A stretch of DNA of 64,000 nucleotides from Octopus sinensis. Taxonomy: Eukaryota. The translations under genes were made by a program, and so were the position numbers. The stretch is taken from NCBI RefSeq assembly GCF_006345805.1, contig NC_043001.1, positions 14,198,001-14,262,000 on the forward strand, in the 5' to 3' direction. Shown here one piece after another: positions 50,695 to 64,000 of the stretch; positions within the stretch are counted from its first letter, which is position 1, and each line of letters opens with the position of its first letter. The notes under the pieces are model-generated. The model did no database searches, was not told the DNA's origin, and saw nothing but the letters and a program-made list of their open reading frames with translations.

Positions 50695-51041
50695 TTTATA
50701 TTGTATAGGGGGCATTATTACACATAAATGCCTCACACTAAGAGGGACAAAGTCATTACTACCAAAATTTCACTAATCGTACCAAATGCAGTTTTCGAAG
50801 CAAGACATTTAAAAAATGAATTTAGTTCTATATCACCTGTGATTTCACACTTAACACATCAAATAGACGTATTTGATGCGTTAAGTGTGAAATCACAGGT
50901 AATATAGAACTAAATTCATTTTTTAAATGTCTTGCTTCGAAAACTGCATTTGGTACGATTAGTGAAATTTTGGTAGTAATGACTTATGTCCCTCTTAGTG
51001 TGAGGCATTTATGTGTAATAATGCCCTCTATACAATATAAA
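50695..51041. repeat. Near-perfect palindrome, ~171-bp arms, 4-nt spacer
   Basis: 50695-50865 vs 50870-51041, about 4 differences; the left arm abuts (TA)n. Confidence 0.96.
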
Positions 51042-51523
51042 TTAATATTTTCAAAAGAAAAAAATTATTTCCGAATTTTTTTCTCTTATGAGGTTTTTCA
51101 CGCTAACTACCTGATAATTTCTTGTTAAGATTCCTTATTAAGAAGTTATCCTTAATTGTTAAATTTATATATATATATATATATAAAATGAGATAGGGGT
51201 TGTAAGTGCAACCCTCCATGGGATAACATATATCCAATATACTGCCAGTGAAGTACCCAACAAAGTAATACATAAATGTTAAGAATTGCGATGCACTCAA
51301 TTCATTTACTGTATTATATGGGCAAAGGTAAAATGTTTTACCACAAATTAATAATACAAAATAAGAAAATGGAGAAACACCTCTTAATCAATGATCAACT
51401 ACCAGATAATACCCAATCACATAATTTATTAAACCACTACATATGAACATTAAGGTCAAACTATGTTTTCTTATTTTGTATTATATATATATAAATATAT
51501 ATATATATATACATATATATATT

Positions 51524-51922
51524 AGGCGCAGGAGTGGCTGTGTGGTAAGTAGTTTGCTTACCACATGGTTCCGGGTTCAGTCCCACAGCGTGACATTTTG
51601 GGCAAATGTTTTCTACTATAAGCCTCAGGCCAACCAAAGCCTTGTGAGCGGATTTGGGTAGATGGAAACTGAAAGAAGCCCGTCGTATATATATGTATAT
51701 ATATATGTATGTGTGTGTTTCTGTGTCTGTGTTTGTCCCCCTAGCACTGCCTGACAACCGATGCTGGTGTGTTTATGTCCCCATCACTTAGCGGTTCGGC
51801 AAAGAGACCGATAGAATAAGTACTAGGCTTACAAAGAATAAGTCCCGGGGTTGATCTGCTCGACTAAAGGCAGTGCTCCAGCATGGCCGCAATCAAATGA
51901 CTGAAACAAGTAAAAGAAAAAG
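51524..51922 (+). mobile_element. SINE family A
   Basis: Family A consensus. Confidence 0.9.
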
Positions 51923-52566
51923 AATATATATATCATCAGCAGCAGCAATGTCATCACCGTTTAATGTCTGCTTTCCATGCCGGCATGGGTTGGACAGTTA
52001 GACTGAGGACTGGCAAGCCAGAAGGCTGCACCAGGCTCCAATCTGATTTGGCAATGGATAAATATCTTCATTTCCTCTCTCTCTCTCTCTCTCTGTCTGG
52101 ATGCATTTCCATAAATAAAAATATTTGGCCAAATCACAACAACTAAACTTAGTTTTCTAGAAGTTTTACCCATCCTCCAAAATTCCAATATCTTTCAAAT
52201 GATATCAATTAAGATCTGTTCTTCAAACAAGTACAAAGATAATCCCAAATGATTTAACCTCGATCACATATTTCCAATCAAATGTATCAATTGCAAACAT
52301 GAATTGAATTTAGGATTGTCGCAAACCATTCATATTTACATACAACAATACACTAATTTGACATTAAAATTCCTGCATTTTAAAATTAGTTTCCAAAGAT
52401 GCCCATCACCCAAAATTCAACACAATACTCTCTTATATAAACTGTAAACAGTTTTTTTCTATTGCACGACCATAAAGAGCCCAGGCCTCATTGAATCCTC
52501 AAGTAGACTGTCATCTTTGGTATAATAAACATGTGTGTGTGTGTGTATGTGTCTGAGGGGGCATCT

Positions 52567-52968
52567 GCTCTTTACTCTTTTACTTGTTTCAGTCATTTGA
52601 CTGTGGCCATGCTGGAGCACTGACTTTAGTCGAGCAAATCGACCCCAGGACTTATTCTTTGTAAGCCTAGTACTTATTCTGTCGGTCTCTTTTGCCGAAC
52701 TGCTAAGTTACGGGAATGTAAACACACCAGCATCGGTTGTCAAACGATGTTGGGGGTGGACAAACACAGACACAAAAACATATACACACATACATATATA
52801 TACATATATACAATGGACTTCTTTCAGTTTCCGTCTACCAAATCCACTCACAAGGCTTTGGTCGGCCCGAGGCTATAGTAGAAGACACTTGCCCAAGGTG
52901 CCACGCAATAGGAATGAACTCGGAACCATGTAGTTGGTAAGCAAGATACTTACCACACAGCTACTCCT
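52567..52968 (-). mobile_element. SINE family A
   Basis: Family A consensus. Confidence 0.9.
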
Positions 52969-53269
52969 GTGGACGCTAAACGATGATGATGATGATGATG
53001 ATGATTTTCCTAAAATTTTCTTTGCGTCTTGCAACCTTTTCAATAGTCTTGACTCTCCCCAGACACAACAAAATATGCTTCAACACACGAACTCACATAA
53101 AGAATCTTGCAAACCAAATCCAAAAACGAAATCTAATAGTAGATGGTTAACATAAACAAATGGCAGAAGAAATAGAAGAATGAAAATGAGTTAAAGATAG
53201 AAGAATGAGGAATATAAAGGAGGCGTGCTTGCATAAAAAAATCATATTAGGAAACACAAAACTCTACTT

Positions 53270-53730
53270 GTGAAGACCTGTTGAGGCAAGTGAGAATCAG
53301 AATCAGAATCGAAATCGATCAATGGAAATTGCAGCTGAGTTACCAGTGCCGGTGGCACGTAACAGAACCATCCGTACGTGGCCGTTGCCAGCACTGCCCC
53401 GACTGGCCTCGTGCCGGTGGCACGTAAAAATCACCATCTGTTCATGGCTGTTGCCAGCCTCGCCTGGCCCCAGTGCCGGTGGCACATAAAAAGCACCATC
53501 CGATCGTGGCCATTTGCCAGACTCGTCTGGCACCTGTGCCGGTGGCACGTAAAAAGCACACACTACACTCATGGAGTGGTTGGTGTTAGGAAGGGCATCC
53601 AGCCGTAGAAACATTGCCAGATCAAACTGGGCCTGGTGCAGCCTTCTGGCTTCCCAGACCCCAGTTGAACCGTCCAACCCATGCTAGCATGGAAAGCGGA
53701 CGCTAAACGATGATGATGATGATGATGATG
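53270..53730 (+). mobile_element. RTE-LINE 3' UTR (family E)
   Basis: gtgccggtggcacgtaaaaagcac repeats, aggaagggcatccagccgtagaaac, (GAT)n tail; other copies near 51945-52055(-), 55415-55665(+), 56900-57220(+), 57845-57985(+) and 60300-60510(+). Confidence 0.82.
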
Positions 53731-53953
53731 TATTAATGATGAAGTAGAAAAAATAAGTAAAAACAGAAGAGCAGTCACTAATATACAATTAAAGTGAATT
53801 TGAAAAAGTAGACCAAAAGAAATGTAGGGGAGATAAATGAGTAGAGAAAGGTAAGAGTAAAAAAATAAAAATTTGGATAGGGATGTGTTGGTTATACAGG
53901 TGTGTTTTAGTAAATATAAAAAGATTATTTCAGAGGTAATAATGCAGCTTCGT

Positions 53954-54337
53954 GTGGAGGCACAATGGCCCAGTGGTTAGGGCAGCGGACTTGCAGTCAT
54001 AGGATTGCGGTTTCGATTCCCAGACCGGGCGTTGTGAGTGTTTATTGAGCGAAAACACCTAAAAGCTCCACGAGGCTCCGGCAGGGGATGGTGGTGATCC
54101 CTGCTGTACTCTTTCACCACAACTTTCTCTCACTCTTACTTCCTGTTTCTGTTGTACCTGTATTTCAAGGGGCCGGCCTTGTCACTCTCTGTGTCACGCT
54201 GAATATCCCCGAGAACTACGTTAAGGGTGCACGTGTCTGTGGAGTGCTCAGCCACTTACACGTTAATTTCACGAGCAGGCTGTTCCGTTGATTTGGATCA
54301 ACCGGAACCCTCATCGTTGTAACCGACAGAGTGCTTC
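53954..54337 (+). mobile_element. SINE family C, full length
   Basis: tRNA-like head gtggaggcacaatggcccagtggttagggcagcggac...tttcgattccc; tail gtaaccgacagagtg. Confidence 0.88.
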
Positions 54338-54598
54338 CATCCAATCCAATCCGAATTATGTGAGAAGGATACTGAATGGTAGTATGGTCGTAATGGTATT
54401 CGGGTTGTAGGGGTTCTGTCACAGTATAAATATAAGAAAATATACAAGTAGAAGGGTACACACAAGTGTACAAAAATTTACACACAATATAGAAGAAATA
54501 TAATCTGATAAGGAGAAGAGTATGTGTATGTTCAGTCATATGTGTGTAGAGACATATTTACACATGAGATACAGGAATTCTTGTACATATACGATTAA

Positions 54599-55010
54599 GC
54601 CACAGGAGTGGCTGTGGTAAGTAGCTTGTTTACCAACCACATGGTTCCGGGTTCAGTCCCACTGCGTGGCACCTTGGGCAAGTGTCTTCTACTATAGCCT
54701 CGGGCCGACCAAAGCCTTGTATGTGGATTTGGTAAATGGAAACTGAAAGAAGCCCATCGTATATATGTATATATATATATGCGTGTGTGTGTTTGTGTGT
54801 GTGTCTGTGTTTGTCCCCCTAGCATTGCTTGACAACCGATGCTGGTGTGTTTACGTCCCTGTCACTTAGCGGTTCGGCAAAAGAGACCGATAGAATAAGT
54901 ATTGGGCTTACAAAAGAATAAGTCCTGGGGGTTGAGTTGCTCGATCAAAGGCGGTGCTCTAGCATGGCCGCAGTCAAATGACTGAAACAAGTAAAAGAGT
55001 AAAAAGAGTA
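54599..55010 (+). mobile_element. SINE family A
   Basis: Family A consensus; further copies at 56105-56510(+), 57997-58455(+), 61941-62150(-) and 62450-62640(-). Confidence 0.9.
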
Positions 55011-56807
55011 TATAAAGAAACTGTACAAATATACTCGTACAGGTGCAAAAAAACTAATTAACCTTCTTGTAAATTTCAACAACTTGTCTCCTCCATTTTT
55101 AACAAAATTGATAGGATTTATGGAACTTCATTCCATAAATTCACACTCAAATGGTGCTTTTTATGTCCCACCGGCATGGGAGCCAGTGAAGTGACACTGG
55201 CACATTCTTTCTATGCTAAAATATGTTGAATGGTTTATTTGTTATTTGGGATTTTTTTACAATTGAAGATGCCCACCGAATTCTTGAATTTCTGAACACT
55301 TCAAAAATGAAGTAATTCTATAGAACCTAATTTATAGAACTGCACTGATTTATCTGTTTATATATTTTTTGCAGTCATTTGGACCTAAATCTGTACAAGC
55401 TCTTAGATTTATTGAAGAACGTGGCACGTAAAAAGCACCATCCGATCGTGGCCGTTCACCAGCCTCGTCTGGCACCTGTGTCGGTGGCACACATAAAGCT
55501 CCCACTACACTCACGGAGTGGTTGGCGTTAGGAAGGGCATCCAGCCGTAGAAACATTGCCAGATCAGACTGGGCCTGGTGCAGCCTTCTGGCTTCCCAGA
55601 CCCCAGTTGAACCATCCAACCCATGCTAGCATGGAAAGCGGATGTTAAACGATGATGATGATGATTACCAGAAATATTTTGACATCTCTGACTCCATTTC
55701 CAGAAGGTTTTTGTGTATGTGTACAAATGGGGGGTCGGGGTAAGGAACTGTGTCCCCTTCATTGATGACAGTGTAACAATCGCATAGGGGTGTCTTCTTT
55801 AACCCTTTAGCTTATTTATCCATATTGTTTTGAATTAAACATGCACTAATTTCAAGACTGGAAATTTGTATGATGCGATTGTTTGTTTTTCGAATGACAT
55901 TGTAGGGTAGGTGTGAGAGGCCACATCTGGCTGGTTGGGAACAAATAGAATATTTTGGCTAGATAATGGCTAGTGCCATCTTAAAATTCTGTTTTGCAAT
56001 TTGAATTTTTTATTTTACAGATTTGATTGGAAATTAATTTTCGTTTTAAAAAATGTTAAAGTTTTAAACTTCAACTGAAACAAAAATAGAAAGAGGTACA
56101 GTCGTGGGTGTGTGGTGTAGAAGTTTGCTTCCCAGTCACAAGGTTCTGGGTTCAGTCCTATTGCATGGTACATTGGGCAAGTCTCTTCTGCTATAGCCTT
56201 GGACCGAACAAAACCTTATGAGTGGATTTGATAGGTGGAAACTGAAAGAAGCCTGTCGCATGTGTGTGTATGTGTATATGTGTATGTGTATATGTGTGTG
56301 TGTCTATGTCTGTGTTTGTCCTCCTCCGTCGCTTAACAACCAGTGTTAGTTTGTTTACATCCCCATAACTTAGCAGTTCAGCAAAAGCGACTGATAGAAT
56401 AAGTATCAAGCTTTAAATAAAAGATTGAGTACTGATGTCAATTCATTCAACTAAAAATTCTTCAAGATGCTGCTCCATCATGGCCGCAGTCTAATAACAG
56501 ATAAAAGATGTGAGTTTGTATCTGACTGGTTTTGTTGTTCTTTTCCTTTGCATGTCTATTATATTAATGAATTGGAAGATGAGAGGTGGTTAACAAATTC
56601 TTGTAGTAGCCCCTTTATTATGGCTTCCTAGACTAAGAGAAATGATTTGATAACCAGGAAAGACTGGAAAGTGGGGTTAGGGGTTAAGAGTTCAAATTTA
56701 ACTTTTTAGTACGAATGTTTAAATGGGAGAAACAATAGGCAAGGTGGGATGTGTGAAAAATAAGATGGTGACGCTGGTTTTTGTTTTTCATTTAGCAGAG
56801 ATTCTAT

Positions 56808-56905
56808 AAAAATGCAGGCCTGTGTATTTCTTGTGAAAATACAGGCCTGTGTATTTCTTGTGAAAATACAGGCCTGTGTATTTTCTATGAAAATGCAGGC
56901 CTGAC
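56808..56905 (+). repeat. 27-bp minisatellite x~3.5
   Basis: aaaat(g/a)caggcctgtgtatttcttgtg unit with the internal palindrome ACAGGCCTGT. Confidence 0.9.
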
Positions 56906-58208
56906 TGGCACCCATGCCAGTGGAATGTAACATGCACGGTTCAAGCATGACTGATGCCAGTGTCGCCTGGCTGGCACCTGTGTCAGTGGTACATAAAAAG
57001 CACCATTCATGTGTGGTCATTACCAGTGCTGCGTGACAGGTTCTCAAGCCGGTAGCATTCAAAAAGCACCCACTACACTCTCAGAGTGGTTAGTGTTAGG
57101 AAGAGCATCCAGCTGTAGAAAGAAACCTTGCCAGATCGGATTGGAGCCTGTTTTCATTCAATCCCTCCAACCCATGCCAGCATGGAAAGAGGATGTTAAA
57201 TGATGATGATGCTGATGATTATGTATTTTCAATTACAAAATCATGAAAACACAAACACACTGAAATCCTGTTTTAATCAATAAAAATAGCCTCCTATTTC
57301 CTCTTTCGTCATTACAATTGCTCTATAAGTATATTATATATTGTTTTTGAGATGTCCAATTGCTACTGGTGAGTTTAGAGCACTAAGTTACTTATTCTCA
57401 TTCAATCTACTTCCAGTCAAACGGTATGGTTATTACTTTACTTAGTATTATTACTGGTTATGATATGCAGAGCAAATGCAGGAAAAAGTAATTGATTTGT
57501 GTAAACATAACACAATAAAGTGTTCCCCTGATGAAATGTTATGGCTCAGCATATAATTACATTTGGAACATCAACTCTACTGTAGAGGATGCAAATAAAC
57601 ACAGTGGAGAAATGTATGCAGGGAACAAATGATATAAACTGTATCCTAGTACCCTATCTGCTTTTTTTTTATTTTCTCTCCATTTTCTGTTTTTTTTTTC
57701 TCTCAATTCTTTCCGTGAAAGAGCATACGCTCAAAACATCAAAGGCATTTTCATTCTTCCTGAACATCAAACTGATACACCTGCTTGTTCTTCCTCCATC
57801 TGTCTTCATCTTTTGCTTTCTGTAAATTTGAAATATATACATAGGGCATTAGGAAGGGCATCCAGCTGTAGAAACTTTGCCAGATCAGATTGAGCCTGGT
57901 GCAGCCTCTGGCTCACTAGTCCTGAGTCAAACCATCCAAACCATGCAAGCATGGAAAGCGGACGTAAAATGATGATGATGATGGTGATTATATACATGTA
58001 GGAGTGGCTGTGTGGTAAGTAGCTTGCTTACCAACCACATGCTTCCTGGTTCAGTCCCACTGCATGGTACCTTGGGCATGTGTCTTGTACTATAGACTCA
58101 GGCCGACCAAAGCCCTGTGAGTGGATTTGGTAGACAGAAACTGAAAGAGGCCCATTGTATATATCATCATCATCATCGTTTAACGCCCATTTTCCATGCT
58201 AGCACGGG

Positions 58209-58246
<38 letters not shown>

Positions 58247-58779
58247 ATGTTTGTGTGTCTGTGTTTGTCCCACCAACATTGCTTGACAACCAATGCTGGT
58301 GTATTTACGTCCCTGTAACTTAGCAGTTTGGCAAGAGAGACCGATAGAATAAGTACTAGGCTTACAGAGAATAAGTCCTGGGATTGATTTGCTTGACTAA
58401 AGGTGGTGCTCCAGCATGGCTGCAGTCAAATGGCTCAAACAAATAAAAGATAAAAGATACATACATACATACATACATACATACATACATACCTATATAT
58501 ATAATTAACAGTGACAGAAGTAGTATTTACCATTAAAGACAATCTTTATGGCCAACTTAAGGTGGCTGTTTTGTTACAACATTGATTACTGTGTAACTTA
58601 CCCAGAGTGAACAGCTCATATGGACTCATGGGGCATAAAAATACTTGTAATTATGTCACCGATAGACAAAACTAGTCTGCTACAGACACCAGGACTGCTA
58701 GATCACATGATTTCACATTGTATTGGGCTTCTCATTGGTAGACATTCAGTATACAAATACACATATGTAGACACACACA

Positions 58780-59625
58780 CTCATATCTGGCAAGCCAGAA
58801 GCCTGCACCAGGCTTCAGTCTAATCTGACAAGGTCTCTACAGCTGAATGCCCTTCCTCCAACCACTCCAAGAGTGTAGTGGGTGATTTTTACATGCCACT
58901 GGCATAGAAGCCAGTTAGGTGGCACTGATATCAACCATGTTTGAATGGTGTTTTTTACGTGGCACTGGTATGGGGGTCAGTCAGGCAGTACTGGCAATGA
59001 CCACAACAATGATTTCACTTGACTCAAAAGGTCTTCTCAAGCACAGCATATTGCCCAACGATGGAAGGGTACTCTTAAATGGACTGGTTACACTGGCCTA
59101 AACCATGACTACGATCTCACTTGGCTTGCCAGGTCTTCTCAAGCACAGCATATCTCCAAAGGTCTCAGCCGCTTGTCATTACCTCTGAGAGGCCCAACAT
59201 TCGAACATCATGCCTCACCACCTCACCCCATTTCTTCCTGGTTCTACCTTTTCCACAGGTTCCCTCCACTGTTAGGTTGTGACACTTCTTCACACATCTG
59301 TCCTCATCCATATGCATCACATGACCATACAAGCAGTCATCTCTCTTGCACACCATATCCGATGCTTCTTATGTCCAACTTTTCTCTCAGGGCGCTTACA
59401 CTGTCATGTATGCACACTGGCATTACACATTCAGCGGAGCATGCTAGCTTAATTTCTTTCAAGCCTATGCAAGTCCTCAGCAGTCACAGCCCATGTTTCA
59501 CAGCCCTGTAGCATGGCTGTTTGCCCACAGACATCATGCAGTCTACTTTTCACTCTGAGCAAGAGGCCCTTTGTTACAAGTAGAGGTAGGAGCTCTCTGA
59601 ACTTTGCCCAGCTTATTCTTATGCT
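58780..59625 (-). mobile_element. RTE-clade LINE 3' end (ORF C-terminus plus family E 3' UTR)
   Basis: LYGHVMHMDEDRCVKKCHNLTVEGTCGKGRTRKKWGEVVRHDVRMLGL matches the RTE motif RL.W.GHV.RM...GRP...W; continues directly into family E sequence. Confidence 0.85.
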
Positions 59626-59754
59626 AACAGCTAGGCTCTCAGAGCATCCACTCCACTACTGACTTGGTCATATATATATATATATACCATTCACCATGAT
59701 AGATTGCTAGCCACTACACATTCATTATTTTCTCCCCTTGTTTCTTTCTGTATT

Positions 59755-59792
59755 CCTTTCTGTGGAAGAGCGTAGGCTCGAAACATTAAAGA
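59755..59792 (+). ncRNA. Degenerate hammerhead-like motif, A6->U family
   Basis: CCTTT-CTGTGGA-A-GAGC-GTAG-GCTC-GAAA-CA-T-T-AAAGA; a more decayed copy lies at 57708-57745. Confidence 0.5.
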
Positions 59793-60519
59793 CTTTTTCA
59801 ATTCCCGAGTGTTATACTAATACATATGTTTGTTTTCTACACCACTTGTCTTCGTCTTTTGTTTTTTTGTGAATTCTCCCTATATATATTAACTGCCTAC
59901 AACCTCAATACAATTGACAAGTATAGACACAGAAAATTACTTTTTCCATAGGCTGAAACAGCTGTAAGGAATTTTAATGATTCTAATAATTTATATTAAT
60001 GTTTTTTTAATAAATATTTGTATTCTTATCTTAAATGTATTGAATTTTATACTGTATATATGTATGTTATTATGGTTGTAGTTTTGTTAATTAAATAAGA
60101 CAACATTCTAATATCCTAAAGCTGATAAACCAACTAATGTGTTTCTCCATTTTCTTATTTATAATATATATATATATATATACATACAGAGAGAGAGAGA
60201 GAATATGTGTATGTATGTATGGATGTGTGCATGTATGTATGGATGTGTGTATGTATGTATGGATGTATCCTGCCTAGACATCCGTGATTATTATAAACAA
60301 GCATCCTCATCATACAAGTGATGTTATTTGTGTCCAGTCTTCCATGGAAATCCTGTCTGGGCAGAGGGAAATATTGCCATATTTGGAAGCAGGTGAGGAT
60401 TGGTGACAGGTAAGGCATCCAGCTGAAGAAAATATGCCTGAAGAAAAATTCCATCTGAGCGAGGCAAGCATGGAAAGAAGGGGACATTAAGATAATGGTG
60501 ATGATGAATAAGAAAGAAT

Positions 60520-60819
60520 AAAAGACAGAAAGACAGAAGAAGAAAGAAAGAAGGAAAGAAAGAAGTAACAAAAGAAGGAAAGAAAGAAAGAAAGCAGGAA
60601 AGAAGGAAAGAATTAACGAAAGAAGGAAAGAAGGAAAGAAAGAAAGAGTTAACGAAAGAAGGAAAGAAAGAATTAATGAAAGAAGGAAAGAAAGAAAGAA
60701 AGAAAGAAAGAATGAAGGAAAGAAGGAAAGAAAGAAAGAATTTATGAAAGAAGGAAACAAGGAAAGAAAGTGTTAACGAAAAAAATAAAGAAGGAAAGAA
60801 AGAATTAATGAAAGAAGGA

Positions 60820-60851
<32 letters not shown>

Positions 60852-60915
60852 AGGAAAGAAAGAAAGAAGTGACAAAAGAAGGAAAGAAAGAAAGAAAGAA
60901 GTAACAAAAGAAGGA

Positions 60916-60950
<35 letters not shown>

Positions 60951-60960
60951 GAAAGCAAAT
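60520..60960. repeat. (GAAA/GGAA)n polypurine tract
   Basis: Direct inspection. Confidence 0.95.
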
Positions 60961-61607
60961 GCAAGAAGACAGGTAAATGGACAGACAGATAGTCACCAAC
61001 AGTTGTCAATTTAATTAAATTTCCAAAATTAAGAAATAAAATATATAATAGATAAAAGAATGATTTTGACATTTTTCTTAGTATACAGGAAATTAGAGTC
61101 TTAATTGAATTTCAAACAACAAACAACATTTTGGAAAAATAATTTTTTCTTTTAGTTTACTTTGTATAGTGGTGAGAGGGTTTTTTTTTTGGTTTTGTTG
61201 ATTTTTTTCTTGTATTTTTTTTCTTTGTTGAAGGACGAAAGTTTTGAAGAATTTTTGTACTTTTGTATTTTGTTGAGGAGCTGTGAGTGGGGGGGGGAGC
61301 GTATTTTGTTGTCAACTAAATTTGCGATTAACTCTTTGGTATTTAATTTGGCCGAAGTATTCTACCTGTTTTACGTTGAAACCAGCCAGATCTGGCTTCT
61401 CACACCTGTCCTACAATGTCAATCTAAAAATAGATGACCATATCATGGAAATTTCAAAGCTACAACATAATGCATGAATAAATAAGTGTGTGTGTGTGTG
61501 TGTGTGTGTGTGCGCATATATATGTGTGTTCAGGTGTATGTGGGTGTGCATATATGCAGGTGTTTTTGTGTGTGTGTGTGTGTGTGTTTATTTTGTTGTT
61601 TGTTCCT

Positions 61608-61890
61608 TCTCAAGCCATACCCGGCTCATAAGGGCCAGTTCCCCCGGTTTCCTTGGCGTATAAGTCCCCCACCTGGACGTGACGCCGGTCCGTCGCAGGT
61701 GAGCTGCAAGATGCAGGAGGAAAGAGTGAGAGAAAGTTGTGGCGAAAGAGTCAGCAGAAGTTCGCCATTACCTTCTGCCGGAGCCGCGTGGAGATTAGGT
61801 GTTTCGCTCATAAACACACACATCGGCCGGTCTGAGATTCGAACCCGTGATCCCTCGACCACGAGTCCGCTGCTCTAACCACTAGGTCAT
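61608..61890 (-). mobile_element. SINE family C, full length
   Basis: Reverse complement of 18886-19190. Confidence 0.88.
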
Positions 61891-62143
61891 GTGAGTGTGC
61901 ATATATGCATGTGTTCGTGGGTGTGTGTGTGTGCATATACTCTTTTACTTGTTTCGGTCATTTGACTGTGGCCATGCTGGAGCACCACCTTTAGTCAAGC
62001 AAATCGACCCCAGGACTTATTCTTTGTAAGCCTAGTACTTATTCTATCAGGGTCTTTTGCCGAACTGCTAAGTTACGGTGACGTAAACACACCCGCATCA
62101 GTTGTCAAGCGATGTTGAGGGGACAAACACAGACACACAAAAT

Positions 62144-62178
<35 letters not shown>

Positions 62179-62236
62179 CATACACACACACATATACACA
62201 TACACACATATATATATACACACACACATATACACA

Positions 62237-62268
<32 letters not shown>

Positions 62269-62745
62269 GAATGAAAGATCTAAAGACATTGATTCCTGCT
62301 GACTGGAAAATATTGAAAATGGTAAAATATTTAAATTTTGAATTATTTCTCTCAAATTAGATTTTACACAAGAAAAGGGCTTAGAATGATACTAAAGAGA
62401 AAAAGAAAAAAAACAAAGTGTTAATGGTGTTTAGCTTGTTTTTTTTTTATCTTTTTCTTGTTTCAGTCATTAGACTGTGACCATGCTGGAGCACCGCGTT
62501 GATGAGTTTTAACCAAATAGTTCTAATCAAGTGCTTTTTTGCTTTTTCTTAAGCCTGGTTTCTTTTGCTGGACTGCTAGGTTATGAAGATGTAAACAAAC
62601 CAATACCGGTTGTCAAGCAGTGAGTGTGGAACAAACATACACACACACACATATGTATATATGCACACACATGCACTCAGGAACACATGTATATATACAC
62701 ACACACACACACACACACATACGCATACATATATACGTACACATA

Positions 62746-63235
62746 GGTGTAGGAGTGGCTGTGTGGTAAGTAGCTTGCTTACCAACCACATGGTTCCGGG
62801 TTCAGTCCCACTGCATGGCACCTTGAGCAAGTGTCTTCTACTATAGCCTCGGGCCGACCAAAGCCTTGTGAGTGGATTTGGTAGACGGAAGAAAGAAGAA
62901 GCATAGGAGTGGCTGTCTGGTAAGTACTTGCTTACCAACCACATGGTTCCGGTTCAGTCCCACTGCATGGCACCTTGAGCAAGTGTCTTCTACTATAGCT
63001 CAGGCCGACCAAAGCCTTGTGAGGGATTTGGTAGACGGAACGACAGAAGCATAGGAGTGGCTGTGTGGTAAGTACTTCTTACCAACCACATGGTTCCGGG
63101 TTCAGTCCCACTGCATGGCACCTTGAGCAAGTGTCTTCTACTATAGCCTCGAGCCGACCAAAGCCTTGTGAGTGGATTTGGTAGACAGAAACTGAAAGAA
63201 GCCCGTCGTATATATGTATATATATATGTGTGTGT
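62746..63235 (+). repeat. Head-to-tail trimer of SINE A 5' halves
   Basis: Heads restart at about 62746, 62905 and 63051 after ggtagacggaa...aagcat. Confidence 0.9.
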
Positions 63236-63434
63236 ATTTCACTGATATATAACCCTCATTACTACTACTACTACTGCTACTGCTGCTGCTGCTGTTGCCT
63301 CTGCTGCTGCTGTGGTAATTGTTGCTGTTGTGCCCGTTATTTATCATAGTTGTTGTGGAGGGACAGTGGTCAGTTACTTTAGCCAGTAATGTTGTAGTTT
63401 GGCTGGGAGGCAGTATAGTTTCTGTTGGATACTA

Positions 63435-63470
63435 CATGTATGTATGTATGTGTGTGTGTGTGTGTGTGTG

Positions 63471-63506
<36 letters not shown>

Positions 63507-64000
63507 ATGTATGTATGCATGTGTGTGTGTGTATGTATGTATGTATGTATGTATGTATGTATGTATGTATGTATGTATGTATGTATGTATGTATGTATGT
63601 ATGCATGCATGCATGTATGTGTATGTATGTATGTATGTATGTATGTATGTTATTGTATGTATGTATGTATGTATGTATGTATGTATGTGTGTATGTATGT
63701 ATGTATGTATGTATGTATGTGTATGTCTGATGTATGTGGTATGTGTGTATGTATGTATGTATGTATGTAGTGTGTATGTATGTAGTATGTATGTGTGTGT
63801 GTATGTATGTATGTAGTGTGTATGTATGTATGTATGTATGTATGTATGTATGTACGTATGTATGTATGTACGTATGTATGTATGTATGTATGTATGTATA
63901 TGTATGTATGTACGTATGTGTGTATGTATGTACGTATGTATGTACGTATGTACGTACGTATGTACGTATGTATGTACGTATGTACGTATGTATGTACGTA
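63435..64000. repeat. (TG)n/(TATG)n/(TACG) microsatellite
   Basis: Direct inspection. Confidence 0.95.

Noticed and set aside
56808-56905. Cys-containing repeat peptide (NTGLCISCE)n
   Set aside because: By-product of a 27-bp minisatellite adjoining an RTE UTR copy; no start or splice support.
57520-57575. CTGATGA followed by nested stems
   Set aside because: Folds as an unbranched hairpin and lacks GAAA-stem III-UH.

Overview
Eukaryotic, AT-rich and microsatellite-saturated DNA, almost certainly from an octopus. This is an inference from the tRNA-derived SINE families and the extreme (TA)n/(CA)n/(AAT)n density. No intact protein-coding gene is evident, and nearly all ORFs in the supplied track are microsatellite read-through. 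The window contains several SINE families (labelled here A, B/B2, C and an RTE-3'UTR repeat E), a 2.5-kb 5'-truncated CR1 LINE, and RTE, L2/Crack-like, possible R4/Dong and possible L1/Tx1 LINE remnants. It also has gypsy RNase H and Penelope-like (RT and GIY-YIG) remnants, two mariners, a hAT remnant and a non-autonomous Helitron. The most striking signal found by reading the sequence is a swarm of about a dozen minimal type-I hammerhead-ribozyme motifs from sequence-unrelated families. Most lie in short islands inserted in (TA)n tracts, often next to long fold-back inverted repeats. They include canonical cores, a U3-A8 covariant core, a family-wide A6->U core and a fold-back pair with complementary inactivating mutations. 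The likely source is many families of (TA)n-associated Penelope-like retroelements. Other notable signals are SINE multimers with an invariant junction, a SINE/LINE shared 3' tail, (AAT)n-nested SINE clustering and one candidate first coding exon. All structures were assigned by eye and none has been tested computationally or experimentally.
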